Made by a program: the position numbers and the translations under genes. A DNA stretch of 32,000 bases, from positions 54,365 through 86,364 of the IMG/VR virus record IMGVR_UViG_3300045988_143154. One strand, 5' to 3'. The first letter of the stretch is position 1. Each line of letters starts with the position of its first letter. This stretch comes from a virus. Under the pieces are notes generated by a model. It did no database searches. It saw nothing but the letters and a program-made list of their open reading frames with translations, and was not told the DNA's origin. Below are positions 1 to 9,346 of this stretch, piece after piece.

Positions 1-38
1 AAGCATTCTAGGGGGGCTTTTATTGGAAAGTAAATAGA

Positions 39-212
39 ATGGGCTATATTCATATCATTATGCCGGTCAGAATGTCTTTAAACGGCGAAATCAATCATTA
101 TGAAATTGAAGATAGATTATTGACAAATGACAATACATTAAGAGTAACAAAATCATATGGGAATTATGATACTATCCTGGATTGTATAAAGGATATTGAA
201 AAAGATTTGTAG
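39..212 (+). CDS. small hypothetical protein (57 aa; not in supplied ORF track)
   Basis: Read from sequence: ATG at 39, TAG at 210-212, MGYIHIIMPVRMSLNGEINHYEIEDRLL...CIKDIEKDL; next gene starts 12 bp later in the same orientation. Confidence 0.5.
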   Translation: MGYIHIIMPVRMSLNGEINHYEIEDRLLTNDNTLRVTKSYGNYDTILDCIKDIEKDL

Positions 213-224
213 GTAGGTGGCAGA

Positions 225-506
225 ATGGAAACAGTGATGTTAAATGATGGAAGCATAGAAATAGTTGGAAGTCATAGAGATTTAGTTGATATTGTGCGTG
301 ATCGTTGCGGAGATGACATTGCTAAAATGGTAGAAAACCTTGATCCGGCAGTTTATGATAGCTTATATAGGGCAGATTGTACAGTTTTTGAAATGGCTAA
401 TATATTAGAAAATACTGATGAAAATGGTTTGTTATCGGAAGATCAGATTGATAGCCTAAAAGATAAAGTTGAAACATTGGCAAGCGATATTTGTGATTGT
501 ATTTGA
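225..506 (+). CDS. hypothetical protein (93 aa)
   Basis: ORF with upstream purine-rich RBS (GGTAGGTGG) and gene-packed context. Confidence 0.65.
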   Translation: METVMLNDGSIEIVGSHRDLVDIVRDRCGDDIAKMVENLDPAVYDSLYRADCTVFEMANILENTDENGLLSEDQIDSLKDKVETLASDICDCI

Positions 507-515
507 AAAAAGATG

Positions 516-544
516 TTGACAATCAATCAATAATAATGTATAGT
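516..544 (+). promoter_or_regulatory. sigma70/sigmaA-like promoter, TTGACA-N17-TATAGT
   Basis: Direct reading in the gap between ORFs 225-506 and 595-1653. Confidence 0.7.
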
Positions 545-594
545 ATAAATATAAACAAACACAACTTATAAAGTACATTACGGAGGTATTGATT

Positions 595-1653
595 ATGTCA
601 AGTAATAACAATTACTATGAATTTAAGGATGCGAAAGTTGCAATTGCAATGGAGCTTGTAAAAAGAGGTTGGAAACTGTACGGTTTTCATGAGGATGAAA
701 GTGACTGGATGACAGATTATTGGAGTCCGGCATGGTGGGAAGGAATTGCCACAAAAGATGGCTTTGTAGTAGTTGTTGATTGCCGTTGGAATGATAAAAG
801 TGGTAAAGAAATCATTCAGCATATCTATAATAGTGAAGAAGTTATTCTTTCAGCGAAAACAAGAAGCCTGATTGAAAGACTTTCAGAAGTCAGACAGGAT
901 CGTGGAGCTTCCGCAGCGGAAGAACAGACAGCAAAAGCGAAAATTGAAAAGCTGAGAGCAAAAGCCAACAACCAGACAGAAAAGATAAAAGTAACAGACC
1001 GTTACCCGGAATATCAGCCGAACCCACCTAGAATGTCATGGCATGTTGAAAAAGATGGTGTTATCATCGCAAAAGGTAACGGAGTCGCAAAGTTTTCTGA
1101 TATGAAATACTTTGATAAAGAAAGCTATGAAAAAGACTTGAAGGAATGCGACAAGGACAGCTATAGATATGAAAGAGCTGAAAAACTTCTGAAACTGGCA
1201 AAACAGTTTGAAAAGTTCATGAATAAAATTGACTCTGCTGCCGGTTGCATGATCGGTGGAAATGGTAAAGCGTATGTATATACTAATGTTGAGACAGTGG
1301 AATATAAAACGGAAAATAAAGCCGTTGAATGTCCTGGATCATTAAGAGCTAATCAGTGTTTTGTCGTAAAATCATGCTTTAATCATGGTATTAGCAAAGG
1401 TTATGTATATCAGTTAAACGAGCATGAAGGTGTGAACGGCGAAAAGTATTATATTGCGTACCGACTTGACAAGAAACTGAAAAAGCAGTTGACGGGAAAC
1501 GCTAATCCGGCGAACTGTTTCGGATATATTTCAGGATCTTATAAAGAAAGATTTTTGAAATGGATTGAAACTGGCGCACTTGCATGGTGTGAGATTCAGG
1601 AAGTTAAAACGCCGTATAAAGTGCAGAAATGTGTTAAAAAGAAAATTGGATAA
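595..1653 (+). CDS. hypothetical protein (start set to ATG 595 after CGGAGG RBS)
   Basis: Long ORF; track start at 589 is a TTG, while ATG 595 (MSSNNNYYEF...) is well spaced from CGGAGG. Confidence 0.75.
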   Translation: MSSNNNYYEFKDAKVAIAMELVKRGWKLYGFHEDESDWMTDYWSPAWWEGIATKDGFVVVVDCRWNDKSGKEIIQHIYNSEEVILSAKTRSLIERLSEVRQDRGASAAEEQTAKAKIEKLRAKANNQTEKIKVTDRYPEYQPNPPRMSWHVEKDGVIIAKGNGVAKFSDMKYFDKESYEKDLKECDKDSYRYERAEKLLKLAKQFEKFMNKIDSAAGCMIGGNGKAYVYTNVETVEYKTENKAVECPGSLRANQCFVVKSCFNHGISKGYVYQLNEHEGVNGEKYYIAYRLDKKLKKQLTGNANPANCFGYISGSYKERFLKWIETGALAWCEIQEVKTPYKVQKCVKKKIG

Positions 1654-1718
1654 AACAAACTATAATAAATGAAAGGAAGATAAAAGAGTGGTAGAGTACC
1701 CACTCTTTATATAGAGAG

Positions 1719-2252
1719 ATGACAGCAAGAACAGCAAGGGTTTTATATGACACAACAAAAATAATCACTGTAGTAAGTGGCATTGTAGGCGGTATATTAA
1801 CTTTTATCGCTGCTGGTATTTCAGACAATTATACATTAGTTGGGCAATCTGTTCCGGGAAATTATGATTTAAAGATAATGCATATAGCGTTTTTTATTAT
1901 GGCTATTGCTATTTTAGGGATTTTTATAATGGATCACGCTTTATTTGATGCAATGTATGACTTGGAAAGAGTGCCGATTAAATATAGTGAATATATTGGT
2001 TGTTGTTTAGAACGTAACCAGATATTTGATAGACAGATAAAACAAGCACTCGACAGGTACTATAATTTGGATTGGGGTATGGTAGACCGTTTGGACTCGA
2101 AAATAAATGATGATGCGGTAGAAAATGGCTATGATCGTGTCCGTGGAATTTATCAAACCATATTAGGAAAAATATTTATTGTTACAGATTCAGAAAGATA
2201 TGCAACAACTATATATTCTGAAAAGGAATATCTGAAAGAAATAAATTACTAA
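1719..2252 (+). CDS. predicted membrane protein (177 aa)
   Basis: Two hydrophobic segments (IITVVSGIVGGILTFIAAGI; IAFFIMAIAILGIFIMDHALF). Confidence 0.7.
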   Translation: MTARTARVLYDTTKIITVVSGIVGGILTFIAAGISDNYTLVGQSVPGNYDLKIMHIAFFIMAIAILGIFIMDHALFDAMYDLERVPIKYSEYIGCCLERNQIFDRQIKQALDRYYNLDWGMVDRLDSKINDDAVENGYDRVRGIYQTILGKIFIVTDSERYATTIYSEKEYLKEINY

Positions 2253-2265
2253 AGGAGATTGAAAA

Positions 2266-2454
2266 ATGGAAAAAGACAAGAGCATTCATAAAACAAGTAC
2301 AGGAAAGTTATTTCAGTTGATAGATTTAGAAGGGAATCCGATTGACTATGTGAAGTGTAAGGGTATTTTTACACGGTCATATATGGCAGCATTAGAAGTT
2401 GGTCAGGCGTTGAGATCTTCCGATAACGGTATGATGTTAAAACGTATTCAGTAG
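2266..2454 (+). CDS. small hypothetical protein (62 aa)
   Basis: ORF preceded by AAAGGAG and in tight gene order. Confidence 0.6.
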   Translation: MEKDKSIHKTSTGKLFQLIDLEGNPIDYVKCKGIFTRSYMAALEVGQALRSSDNGMMLKRIQ

Positions 2455-2465
2455 GAGGGTTTTCA

Positions 2466-3056
2466 ATGTCAGCAAGAATTTTAGTTGCCGGTAGATCTGA
2501 AATATGCAAAGAATTATTTAATGATCCAGAAGCATATGGTTCACATATAGCAGATAGATTATCATGTATCAATAAGCCAGCCGGTTGTTTATGGGGTTCT
2601 ACATTACTTCATAATGGAGGATATCCGTCTGATTGGTTAAGATGGGTAGCAAGTGAAGGGTTTATGCTTGATAAGTATAGCAGCATGGCGGTCAGCTTTA
2701 AATTGAGCAGAAAAGCCAAAATTTGCACGATTGACACAGTAGAAGATTATCATAGATTGATGCGAAAATATGCAAAACCTAAATATGAAAATAGTGAGTA
2801 TAGCAGTTTGTTTAAAGAAAAAGTAATTGACTGGAAAAAGTTATCGAAAGATTACGATGCTTTTCATTTGACAGAACGAGCATTTTGGGAAATGCGATTA
2901 CCACTATCTAATATATTGGAGTGTGAAGATGGTAGTGAGTTATGTGATTTCTATTCATACGATTGTGAAAGTTGGATTCTTTTCAATTTAGATTGTATTA
3001 ACTGGGGATCGGTTATCAATCAAGATGTGAAAATAAAGTCTTTGTATGATGATTAA
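2466..3056 (+). CDS. hypothetical protein (196 aa); weak resemblance to ADP-ribosyltransferase-like hypothetical families
   Basis: ORF with GGAGGG RBS; motifs CLWGS...SDWLRW and FYSYDCESWILFNLDCI. Family resemblance is from memory only. Confidence 0.65.
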   Translation: MSARILVAGRSEICKELFNDPEAYGSHIADRLSCINKPAGCLWGSTLLHNGGYPSDWLRWVASEGFMLDKYSSMAVSFKLSRKAKICTIDTVEDYHRLMRKYAKPKYENSEYSSLFKEKVIDWKKLSKDYDAFHLTERAFWEMRLPLSNILECEDGSELCDFYSYDCESWILFNLDCINWGSVINQDVKIKSLYDD

Positions 3057-3083
3057 GGAAGGAACAAGGAGGGGAAATAAGCT

Positions 3084-3248
3084 ATGGAAAAATGTGCAAT
3101 TTGGAAAGATCATAAAGTCGTTGGTTATATTGACTTAACCGAAGAACAGAAAAGGATCTTGAATAAAGTTCCTGGAATTGGCGTATATTTTGGATTTGAC
3201 AGAACAACACGCCCAGAGAAGTATGCAGAAAGTTATAAACAAACGTAA
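3084..3248 (+). CDS. small hypothetical protein (54 aa; not in supplied ORF track)
   Basis: AGGAGGGG upstream of ATG 3084; MEKCAIWKDHKVVGYIDLTEEQKRILNKVPGIGVYFGFDRTTRPEKYAESYKQT then TAA. Confidence 0.65.
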   Translation: MEKCAIWKDHKVVGYIDLTEEQKRILNKVPGIGVYFGFDRTTRPEKYAESYKQT

Positions 3249-3255
3249 ATAAAGA

Positions 3256-3284
3256 TTGACATTACACAACTTATAATGTATAAT
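3256..3284 (+). promoter_or_regulatory. perfect consensus promoter TTGACA-N17-TATAAT upstream of CDS 3315
   Basis: Direct reading; -10 region flanked by a 10-bp perfect inverted repeat (3268-3277 / 3288-3297). Confidence 0.85.
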
Positions 3285-3314
3285 AGGATTATAAGTTAAG
3301 GGAGGAACAAACAC

Positions 3315-4397
3315 ATGAAAAATCAGTTAGAAAACAATGGATCGTATTTAGGTTTCACAGATAATAAGACAGCTTTACAGAAAGCAAAAATTGAGAGCTG
3401 CCTAGATAAAGTATTTAGATACAGTAATGGTATTATGGCAAGAAAAGATGCTATGCTTTATGGTCTGAGAAATGGTAAAAAGCCGGAAGTTGCCGATGAA
3501 ATAAGAAGGAACGGCACTGTTAAGAAATCATACCGTATGGCATGGGACAACCTTTATAATGACATCACGAAAACAGAATATGATTTTTGTATTTATCTGA
3601 TAGAACATGATCTTGTTTCTGAGGAATCTGTAAATGCTTTTATTGAAGCAGAAAACCAGGAAAAAGAAAGAGCTGCAGAAGAACAGAGAAAAGTGGAAGA
3701 AGCAGCCAGAAAAGAAGAAGAGAGAGCCGAAGCCGAGAAAGAAGAATTTAAAATCTGGCTTGCAGAAACTTCTAAAATGTATAATGGTACAACCAGAGGA
3801 AATTTAGTTGAACGCATTTATCTTGATGTATACGGCGAATTTCGTTTCCCTTTACGAGCTTTTGAATTACTGGTTTGTATTGATAATATCGAAAAGTTAT
3901 TATGTAGAGAAGAGTTAAAAGCACGTTTACATACAGATAATAAAGCAAGTCGAAAAGTATTTCAGTGTGTAACAGGTTTAAAGCTGCCAAACACAAATAG
4001 AGATACAATGGCATTTTTGGATAGTGTACAGAAGAGTGATTATCAGGATGCAGTTGAATATAAAACACGTAAGAAGCCAGAAAAGCAGCCGGAAGCAGAG
4101 AAAGAAAAGTTCTATGTGCTTATGACTACAGAAAAAGAGAAAAGAGAATATGTACCAGCAATAGGCAGTAAAATTGAATATCATGGTATAGAAATGTTTA
4201 TTCATGAAACGCCAGACGGTAAAATTGCTATTTCATCTATAAAATGTGGTTTACGGATGGCAACCGGCAAGAGCAAGACAGAAGCAATTAAGGAAATGAA
4301 AGAACTTTTTAAGAAAATGGATATTGATACCATAAACAGTAGAATTGATGAGATTACAAGCTATTATGGTGTTAGCCCATACTTAAAACAAGCATAA
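3315..4397 (+). CDS. hypothetical protein (360 aa) with charged coiled-coil-like middle region
   Basis: Long ORF, AGGGAGG RBS, Glu/Lys/Ala-rich middle segment. Confidence 0.75.
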   Translation: MKNQLENNGSYLGFTDNKTALQKAKIESCLDKVFRYSNGIMARKDAMLYGLRNGKKPEVADEIRRNGTVKKSYRMAWDNLYNDITKTEYDFCIYLIEHDLVSEESVNAFIEAENQEKERAAEEQRKVEEAARKEEERAEAEKEEFKIWLAETSKMYNGTTRGNLVERIYLDVYGEFRFPLRAFELLVCIDNIEKLLCREELKARLHTDNKASRKVFQCVTGLKLPNTNRDTMAFLDSVQKSDYQDAVEYKTRKKPEKQPEAEKEKFYVLMTTEKEKREYVPAIGSKIEYHGIEMFIHETPDGKIAISSIKCGLRMATGKSKTEAIKEMKELFKKMDIDTINSRIDEITSYYGVSPYLKQA

Positions 4398-4416
4398 ATA
4401 AATGGAGGAATACAAA

Positions 4417-5283
4417 ATGGGAATTGCAGATAAATTCGGAAACTTTCAAATTAAGAAATCTGACAGAATCAGCCAGGAAGATCAAGCCTGGTTGACTCAC
4501 AGAGAAGAATTATATAAACGAGCGATTGCGGTTTACAAGTCTGTTTATGATATCTATAAGGCAGAAAATGAATCATATTCAGAAGAAGACCGCAAAAATT
4601 ACAAGTATTCTTCTTTTTTAGTCGGGAATTTTGGTGTCCCAAAATCGCTTTCAGATGTTCAAAATAGTTATATAAGTGGTATTTTCAGTTACTTTTCAAA
4701 TAAGTATAATGTGCAACTTGAAAACAATTTTGATAGATATGATCTGGATAGAGAATATTACAGATACAATGACTCAGATCCTATCAAAGAGCTTGTTGTT
4801 GACTTCATCGACTACCATGCAGTTCTTGACAAAATTTTTGACCAGTTAGGCGGTATGAGTTTTGAAGAAAAGGCTATCAAAGAAGTAAAAGATAAATTGA
4901 AAGAAAAATGTTACAACGGCTATCGTGATACATGGGAAATTAAAGTAAAAGGTAATAAATTCACATATACAGGCGGTTATTGTAGCAAAGATAAATATTT
5001 TGATTATTACAATTTCGGTAGTACAGAATGGTTACGTGCTTTTATTGATGCGTTGGCATTTAACACATATGGAGAAAAAACACAAGTCTATTCACTGAAT
5101 CATCTATATAGTTCTTATTCTATAAGACTTGAAGAGGATGATTTTCAGAATGGATTTTCAGCACCAGAGGTCGGAGTCAAGCATGTCAAACTTTTCAAGA
5201 ATGGAAGGATTGATGTTACTTTTACAGATGCAGAATTTTGCCGTAAATTTGCAAGAGAATGGTGTGGTTATACACTTATTTAG
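4417..5283 (+). CDS. hypothetical protein (start set to ATG 4417)
   Basis: TGGAGGA RBS at about 4403-4409 and ATG 4417 (MGIADKFGNFQIKK). Confidence 0.75.
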   Translation: MGIADKFGNFQIKKSDRISQEDQAWLTHREELYKRAIAVYKSVYDIYKAENESYSEEDRKNYKYSSFLVGNFGVPKSLSDVQNSYISGIFSYFSNKYNVQLENNFDRYDLDREYYRYNDSDPIKELVVDFIDYHAVLDKIFDQLGGMSFEEKAIKEVKDKLKEKCYNGYRDTWEIKVKGNKFTYTGGYCSKDKYFDYYNFGSTEWLRAFIDALAFNTYGEKTQVYSLNHLYSSYSIRLEEDDFQNGFSAPEVGVKHVKLFKNGRIDVTFTDAEFCRKFAREWCGYTLI

Positions 5284-5293
5284 GAGGAATCAT

Positions 5294-5500
5294 ATGCACG
5301 ACTATAAATGGCATAAGGTCAGTGAAATGCTGCCGGATAAATGTGGAATTTATGATGTTAAAATCAAGAATTGCTATGATGAAATTGTAGAAGTCAAAGC
5401 ATTATATACATATACAGTAAATGAAGGTTTTACATTTTGCCGGTATGGTAGCACGATAACAAATGTAATTGAATGGAGATATACAAGTCATGAAGTATAA
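5294..5500 (+). CDS. small protein, DUF551-like pattern
   Basis: TAGGAGG RBS then ATG 5294; HKVSEMLPDKCGIYDVKI...EWRYTS resembles short phage DUF551-type proteins. Confidence 0.55.
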   Translation: MHDYKWHKVSEMLPDKCGIYDVKIKNCYDEIVEVKALYTYTVNEGFTFCRYGSTITNVIEWRYTSHEV

Positions 5501-8453
5501 ATGTACAAATGAAGTAATCCCACAGGAAATGAGGGAAGATATCAACACAAAAATTGAATATATTGTGAATAATGATCTACCAGAAGCGGAAACAGGTATT
5601 TCAAAAGATGATATTTTCAATGCGTATACTGGATTAGGTGGGCTTCATGGTTTAGAGTTTGCTAACTATGATAGTTACTATGATTACCAGAGAGCGAAAG
5701 CCGACATTGAGCAAGGGCAGTTCTTTACGCCTTATAAGCTGGTTGAATGGATTTATAATTGTTTGCATATTTCAAATACTGATTTAGTAGCAGATCTTAC
5801 TTGTGGACATGGTTCATTTATCAGTTGTGCGCCGGTTGAATCGAATTTCTACGGTTGTGAATTAGATGGGAAGCCGTACAGAGTGGCAAAATACCTTTAT
5901 CCAGATGCAAAACTGGAAAATACAGATATTCGTTTTTATGAGCCGAAAGTTACATTTGATTATGTTCTAGGAAACCCACCGTATAATCTGAGATGGAGAA
6001 AAGATGATATCAGCTATTTATCAGAATATTATTATTGTCTGAAAGCTGCGGAATTGTTAAAACCAGCCGGAATTATGGCTATTATCGTGCCCATGTCGTT
6101 TTGTGCTGATGATTTTTCTGATGGTGGTATGATTGATGGAATGAATGAGCATTTTAATTTTATCTGCCAGGTAGAACTTGACAAGAATACTTTTAAGCAT
6201 TTGGGTGTTGAGAACTACAAGACCAAAATAGTATTCTTTCAGAAAAAATCTGAATATACGAAAGAAGTTCCATATAGTACAGAGATACTTTCCGGCGTTA
6301 CTTCCGATGAAGTATGGGAGCAGTATTTAAAGCCTATTACAGAAGAAAGAGAACAGATTAAAAACAAGATTTTTCTGGAAACTGTAAGAAATAGTAAAGA
6401 CGATGAAGCGTGGAGTTTTAAGGTTGAGAAACTTCTGTATGATATCAAACGAAATCCGAAAACATGCAGCCAGTATGCAGAATGTTGTGAATATGTCAAT
6501 AGATATAAGACACAGAAAAAGCCGGATCATATCAAATGGGACGAATGGGAACAACTTAAAATCAAGCCGAAAGACGTTATTAAGCATTTAAAAATGGCGT
6601 TACGTTCACAGAATCCAGGATTTGATAGAACTGGTAGAATTATTAAAAACAATTATACATTTGAGTATAATGGCGATTTTACATCTATAAACGATGTTGT
6701 GTTGCAAGGATTTTCAATGGGGAATTTTCAGTCAAAATGGATTGATAAGATCGTGAATAAAAAGCGAAAGATGTATGATATCCAGAATATGCCATTTTCT
6801 GAAATGCAACCAAACAAAAAAATAGCAAGGTGGCTTGATGAGTTCACATTGACGGATGATGAAAGAACTATAAAGCTGAATGATGCTCAGAAAACGGATC
6901 TGAATCTATTTATTCAGAAACCGTATAGCTTCATACAGTGGGAACAGGGAAGCGGTAAAACATTCGCCGGAATTGCAATAGGCAAATATCGTTTGCAGCA
7001 CGATCATGTGAAAAATGTATTTATTGTGAGTACGGCAATCTCAATCAAGAACAACTGGCAGGATGTATTGGATCAGTACGGTATTGATTTTGTTATGATT
7101 GAAAGCCTTGCAGATATTCAAAATATCAAAGAAGGTCAGTTTGTAATTATCACTTTAAATATGATGTGTAAATATCATAAATTCATCAAGCGATATGTAA
7201 AATCAATCTGCCAGAAAGCCGTTTTGATTTTTGACGAGTCTGATAATATGAGTAATCAGGACAGTAAACGGACAAAAGCTGTATTAAATGCTTTTCGCCG
7301 ATTGAAGTACAAAACACTGATGACGGGTACAAGCACAAGGAATAATATCACTGAAATTTATCCTCAGTTTGAATTATTGTACAACAATTCTATCAATATG
7401 CTGTCTGAATGTGAGTATATTATGGAACGTAACAAAGATGGAGAACTGGAAGACCAGGTAAATGAATATTATTTGCAGCCATATCCAGCATATCGTAAGG
7501 GTAGCAAGTTATTTGCAGCGAGTCATATTCCAGAGAAAATCACTGTATTTGGCGTATCTCAGTTCACACAAGATATTCTTAATGCAGACATTTTGAAACA
7601 GATGATTGATAAGACGATTATCACACGTACATTTGAAGAAATTACTGGCAAACAGCTTTATGAGATTAAACAGATTGCTTGTGAAATGGGAGAAGAAGAG
7701 AAACGTCTGTATAAGGTTGCATTGGACGAGTTCTATAAAATGGAATATCTGTTTGCGAAAACTGGGAACAGCCGGAAAGATGCAATGTTGAAAATTTTGA
7801 ATCAGTTGCTTGCACTTTTGAAGATTTGCGCTGCGCCTCAGACGTTGAGAGAGTACAATCAGTCGATAATGCCAGAGAAATTCAAAACTGTATTATCACT
7901 TTTAGACGAATTTTCTGATGAAAGAGTTGCTATTGGTGTGCGTCATATTTCAGTAGTAAATGCATATGCAAAGGAAATCAGAAAAGCATTTCCGGGCAGA
8001 CCTGTATTTGTGATTACTGGAAATGAAACTACATTGAAACAGAGAAAGAAAATTGTCAAAGAGTTAAAAGAAACAACAAACGGAATTCTGATAAGCACAC
8101 AGCAGAGCTTATCTGCAAGTATGAATATTGATTTTGTGAATAAGTGTATTATTCCAGAATTGCACTGGAACAACTCTAGCATGAGTCAGTATTATTTCCG
8201 CTTTATTCGTTATACTTCAACGAAATTCAAGCAAGTGTATTTTGTAACTTATGAGAATAGTATTGAAAGCAATCTGTTAAAAATGATTCTTGTAAAAGAC
8301 AAATTGAATCTGTTTATGAAAGATCAGGATTTGACAGACGATGAACTATATGAACGTTTTGGAGTGGATAGTAATATGCTGCAGAACCTCATGTACAAAG
8401 AAAAAACGGAAGAAGGTTATGTAATAAGATGGGGAGATCAAAAAGTATCGTAA
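5490..8453 (+). CDS. N6-adenine DNA methyltransferase-superfamily 2 helicase fusion
   Basis: MTase motifs DLTCGHGSF and GNPPYNLRW in the N-terminal half. Helicase motifs EQGSGKTFAG (Walker A), LIFDESD (II), LMTGTSTRN (III) and QYYFRFIRYTS (VI-like) in the C-terminal half. Start could be ATG 5490 or slightly upstream. Confidence 0.88.
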   Translation: MKYKCTNEVIPQEMREDINTKIEYIVNNDLPEAETGISKDDIFNAYTGLGGLHGLEFANYDSYYDYQRAKADIEQGQFFTPYKLVEWIYNCLHISNTDLVADLTCGHGSFISCAPVESNFYGCELDGKPYRVAKYLYPDAKLENTDIRFYEPKVTFDYVLGNPPYNLRWRKDDISYLSEYYYCLKAAELLKPAGIMAIIVPMSFCADDFSDGGMIDGMNEHFNFICQVELDKNTFKHLGVENYKTKIVFFQKKSEYTKEVPYSTEILSGVTSDEVWEQYLKPITEEREQIKNKIFLETVRNSKDDEAWSFKVEKLLYDIKRNPKTCSQYAECCEYVNRYKTQKKPDHIKWDEWEQLKIKPKDVIKHLKMALRSQNPGFDRTGRIIKNNYTFEYNGDFTSINDVVLQGFSMGNFQSKWIDKIVNKKRKMYDIQNMPFSEMQPNKKIARWLDEFTLTDDERTIKLNDAQKTDLNLFIQKPYSFIQWEQGSGKTFAGIAIGKYRLQHDHVKNVFIVSTAISIKNNWQDVLDQYGIDFVMIESLADIQNIKEGQFVIITLNMMCKYHKFIKRYVKSICQKAVLIFDESDNMSNQDSKRTKAVLNAFRRLKYKTLMTGTSTRNNITEIYPQFELLYNNSINMLSECEYIMERNKDGELEDQVNEYYLQPYPAYRKGSKLFAASHIPEKITVFGVSQFTQDILNADILKQMIDKTIITRTFEEITGKQLYEIKQIACEMGEEEKRLYKVALDEFYKMEYLFAKTGNSRKDAMLKILNQLLALLKICAAPQTLREYNQSIMPEKFKTVLSLLDEFSDERVAIGVRHISVVNAYAKEIRKAFPGRPVFVITGNETTLKQRKKIVKELKETTNGILISTQQSLSASMNIDFVNKCIIPELHWNNSSMSQYYFRFIRYTSTKFKQVYFVTYENSIESNLLKMILVKDKLNLFMKDQDLTDDELYERFGVDSNMLQNLMYKEKTEEGYVIRWGDQKVS

Positions 8454-8839
8454 AGAAACAACCATATATAAGGAAAGAAATATATTCCATTGATGAAGTG
8501 TATAACGCTGTAAAAGACGGACTCTTTGAAGAGAAAAAGACGTTTGTTAATATGGATGGAGATATGATTAAAGCAAATAGTCAGAGATATCAGACGTTTT
8601 TCACAAAAGGAATTAAGTGTTGCCGGTGTGGAATCGAAGGTAGATATTTTGCAAAAGAGAAAAATCCGAACGCAAGAAGATATCATTTGAATTTGTATGC
8701 AGTAGACCAAGATGGGGAAGAAGTGATGATGACAAAAGATCATATCATCCCCGTTTCCAAAGGTGGCAAGAATACGCTTGAAAATTACCAGACAATGTGC
8801 AGAAAATGCAACGTGCAAAAGGGGAATAAATTGGTTTGA
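8429..8839 (+). CDS. HNH endonuclease domain protein
   Basis: CxxC...KDHIIPVSKGGKNTLENYQTMCRKCNVQKGNK; 5' end overlaps the upstream MTase-helicase CDS. Confidence 0.88.
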   Translation: MGRSKSIVKKQPYIRKEIYSIDEVYNAVKDGLFEEKKTFVNMDGDMIKANSQRYQTFFTKGIKCCRCGIEGRYFAKEKNPNARRYHLNLYAVDQDGEEVMMTKDHIIPVSKGGKNTLENYQTMCRKCNVQKGNKLV

Positions 8840-9252
8840 CATATGATAGAGAAAATATGCGATGGATAGAATACACAAAACTATCTAATGGACAATCGGC
8901 GGTAATCTGTTTTGACAAGAACTATAGGCATGAAATAGGAAGTGGATATGATTATGCAGTTGCTTTTGCTATTGCCAATAAAAAGAAAGTTTTAAGGCAG
9001 TGGCTCAATAGTGACGGTTACGGCGATTTAGATATGACAACAACTGGGAAATGTGGTGTTGAGGGATTATTGTGGGCTTTTAAAATGGTTCGTGAATTTA
9101 TAGGAAAACATATGTATGAAAATGATAGAATCATTGTATATGGTTCAGATGCAAGAAGACAAAAGGTATATAGACATTTTCTCACTACTAGATTAGGGTT
9201 TGAAGAAATACTTGATCCATTCTGGGGAAGATGCCTTGCAAAAAACTTATAA
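8836..9252 (+). CDS. hypothetical protein, possible GNAT-like fold
   Basis: TTG start overlapping the HNH stop; IIVYGSDARRQKVYRHFLTTRLGFEEI is acetyltransferase-like, weak evidence. Confidence 0.5.
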   Translation: MTYDRENMRWIEYTKLSNGQSAVICFDKNYRHEIGSGYDYAVAFAIANKKKVLRQWLNSDGYGDLDMTTTGKCGVEGLLWAFKMVREFIGKHMYENDRIIVYGSDARRQKVYRHFLTTRLGFEEILDPFWGRCLAKNL

Positions 9253-9269
9253 ACAAACCATAATAAATG

Positions 9270-9298
9270 TTGACATAATGATAAAAATGTGGTATCTT
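9270..9298 (+). promoter_or_regulatory. promoter TTGACA-N17-TATCTT
   Basis: Direct reading in gap before CDS 9347. Confidence 0.65.
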
Positions 9299-9346
9299 AT
9301 ATATAAAGAAAAACACAACTAATAAAAATTCACGGAGGTATTAAAA

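Noticed and set aside
9284-9295. 12-nt match between spacer 3 (AAAAATGTGGTA) and the element's own promoter region
   Set aside because: Only 12 nt with no match to the 3' half of the spacer; probably chance in AT-rich DNA, so not called self-targeting.
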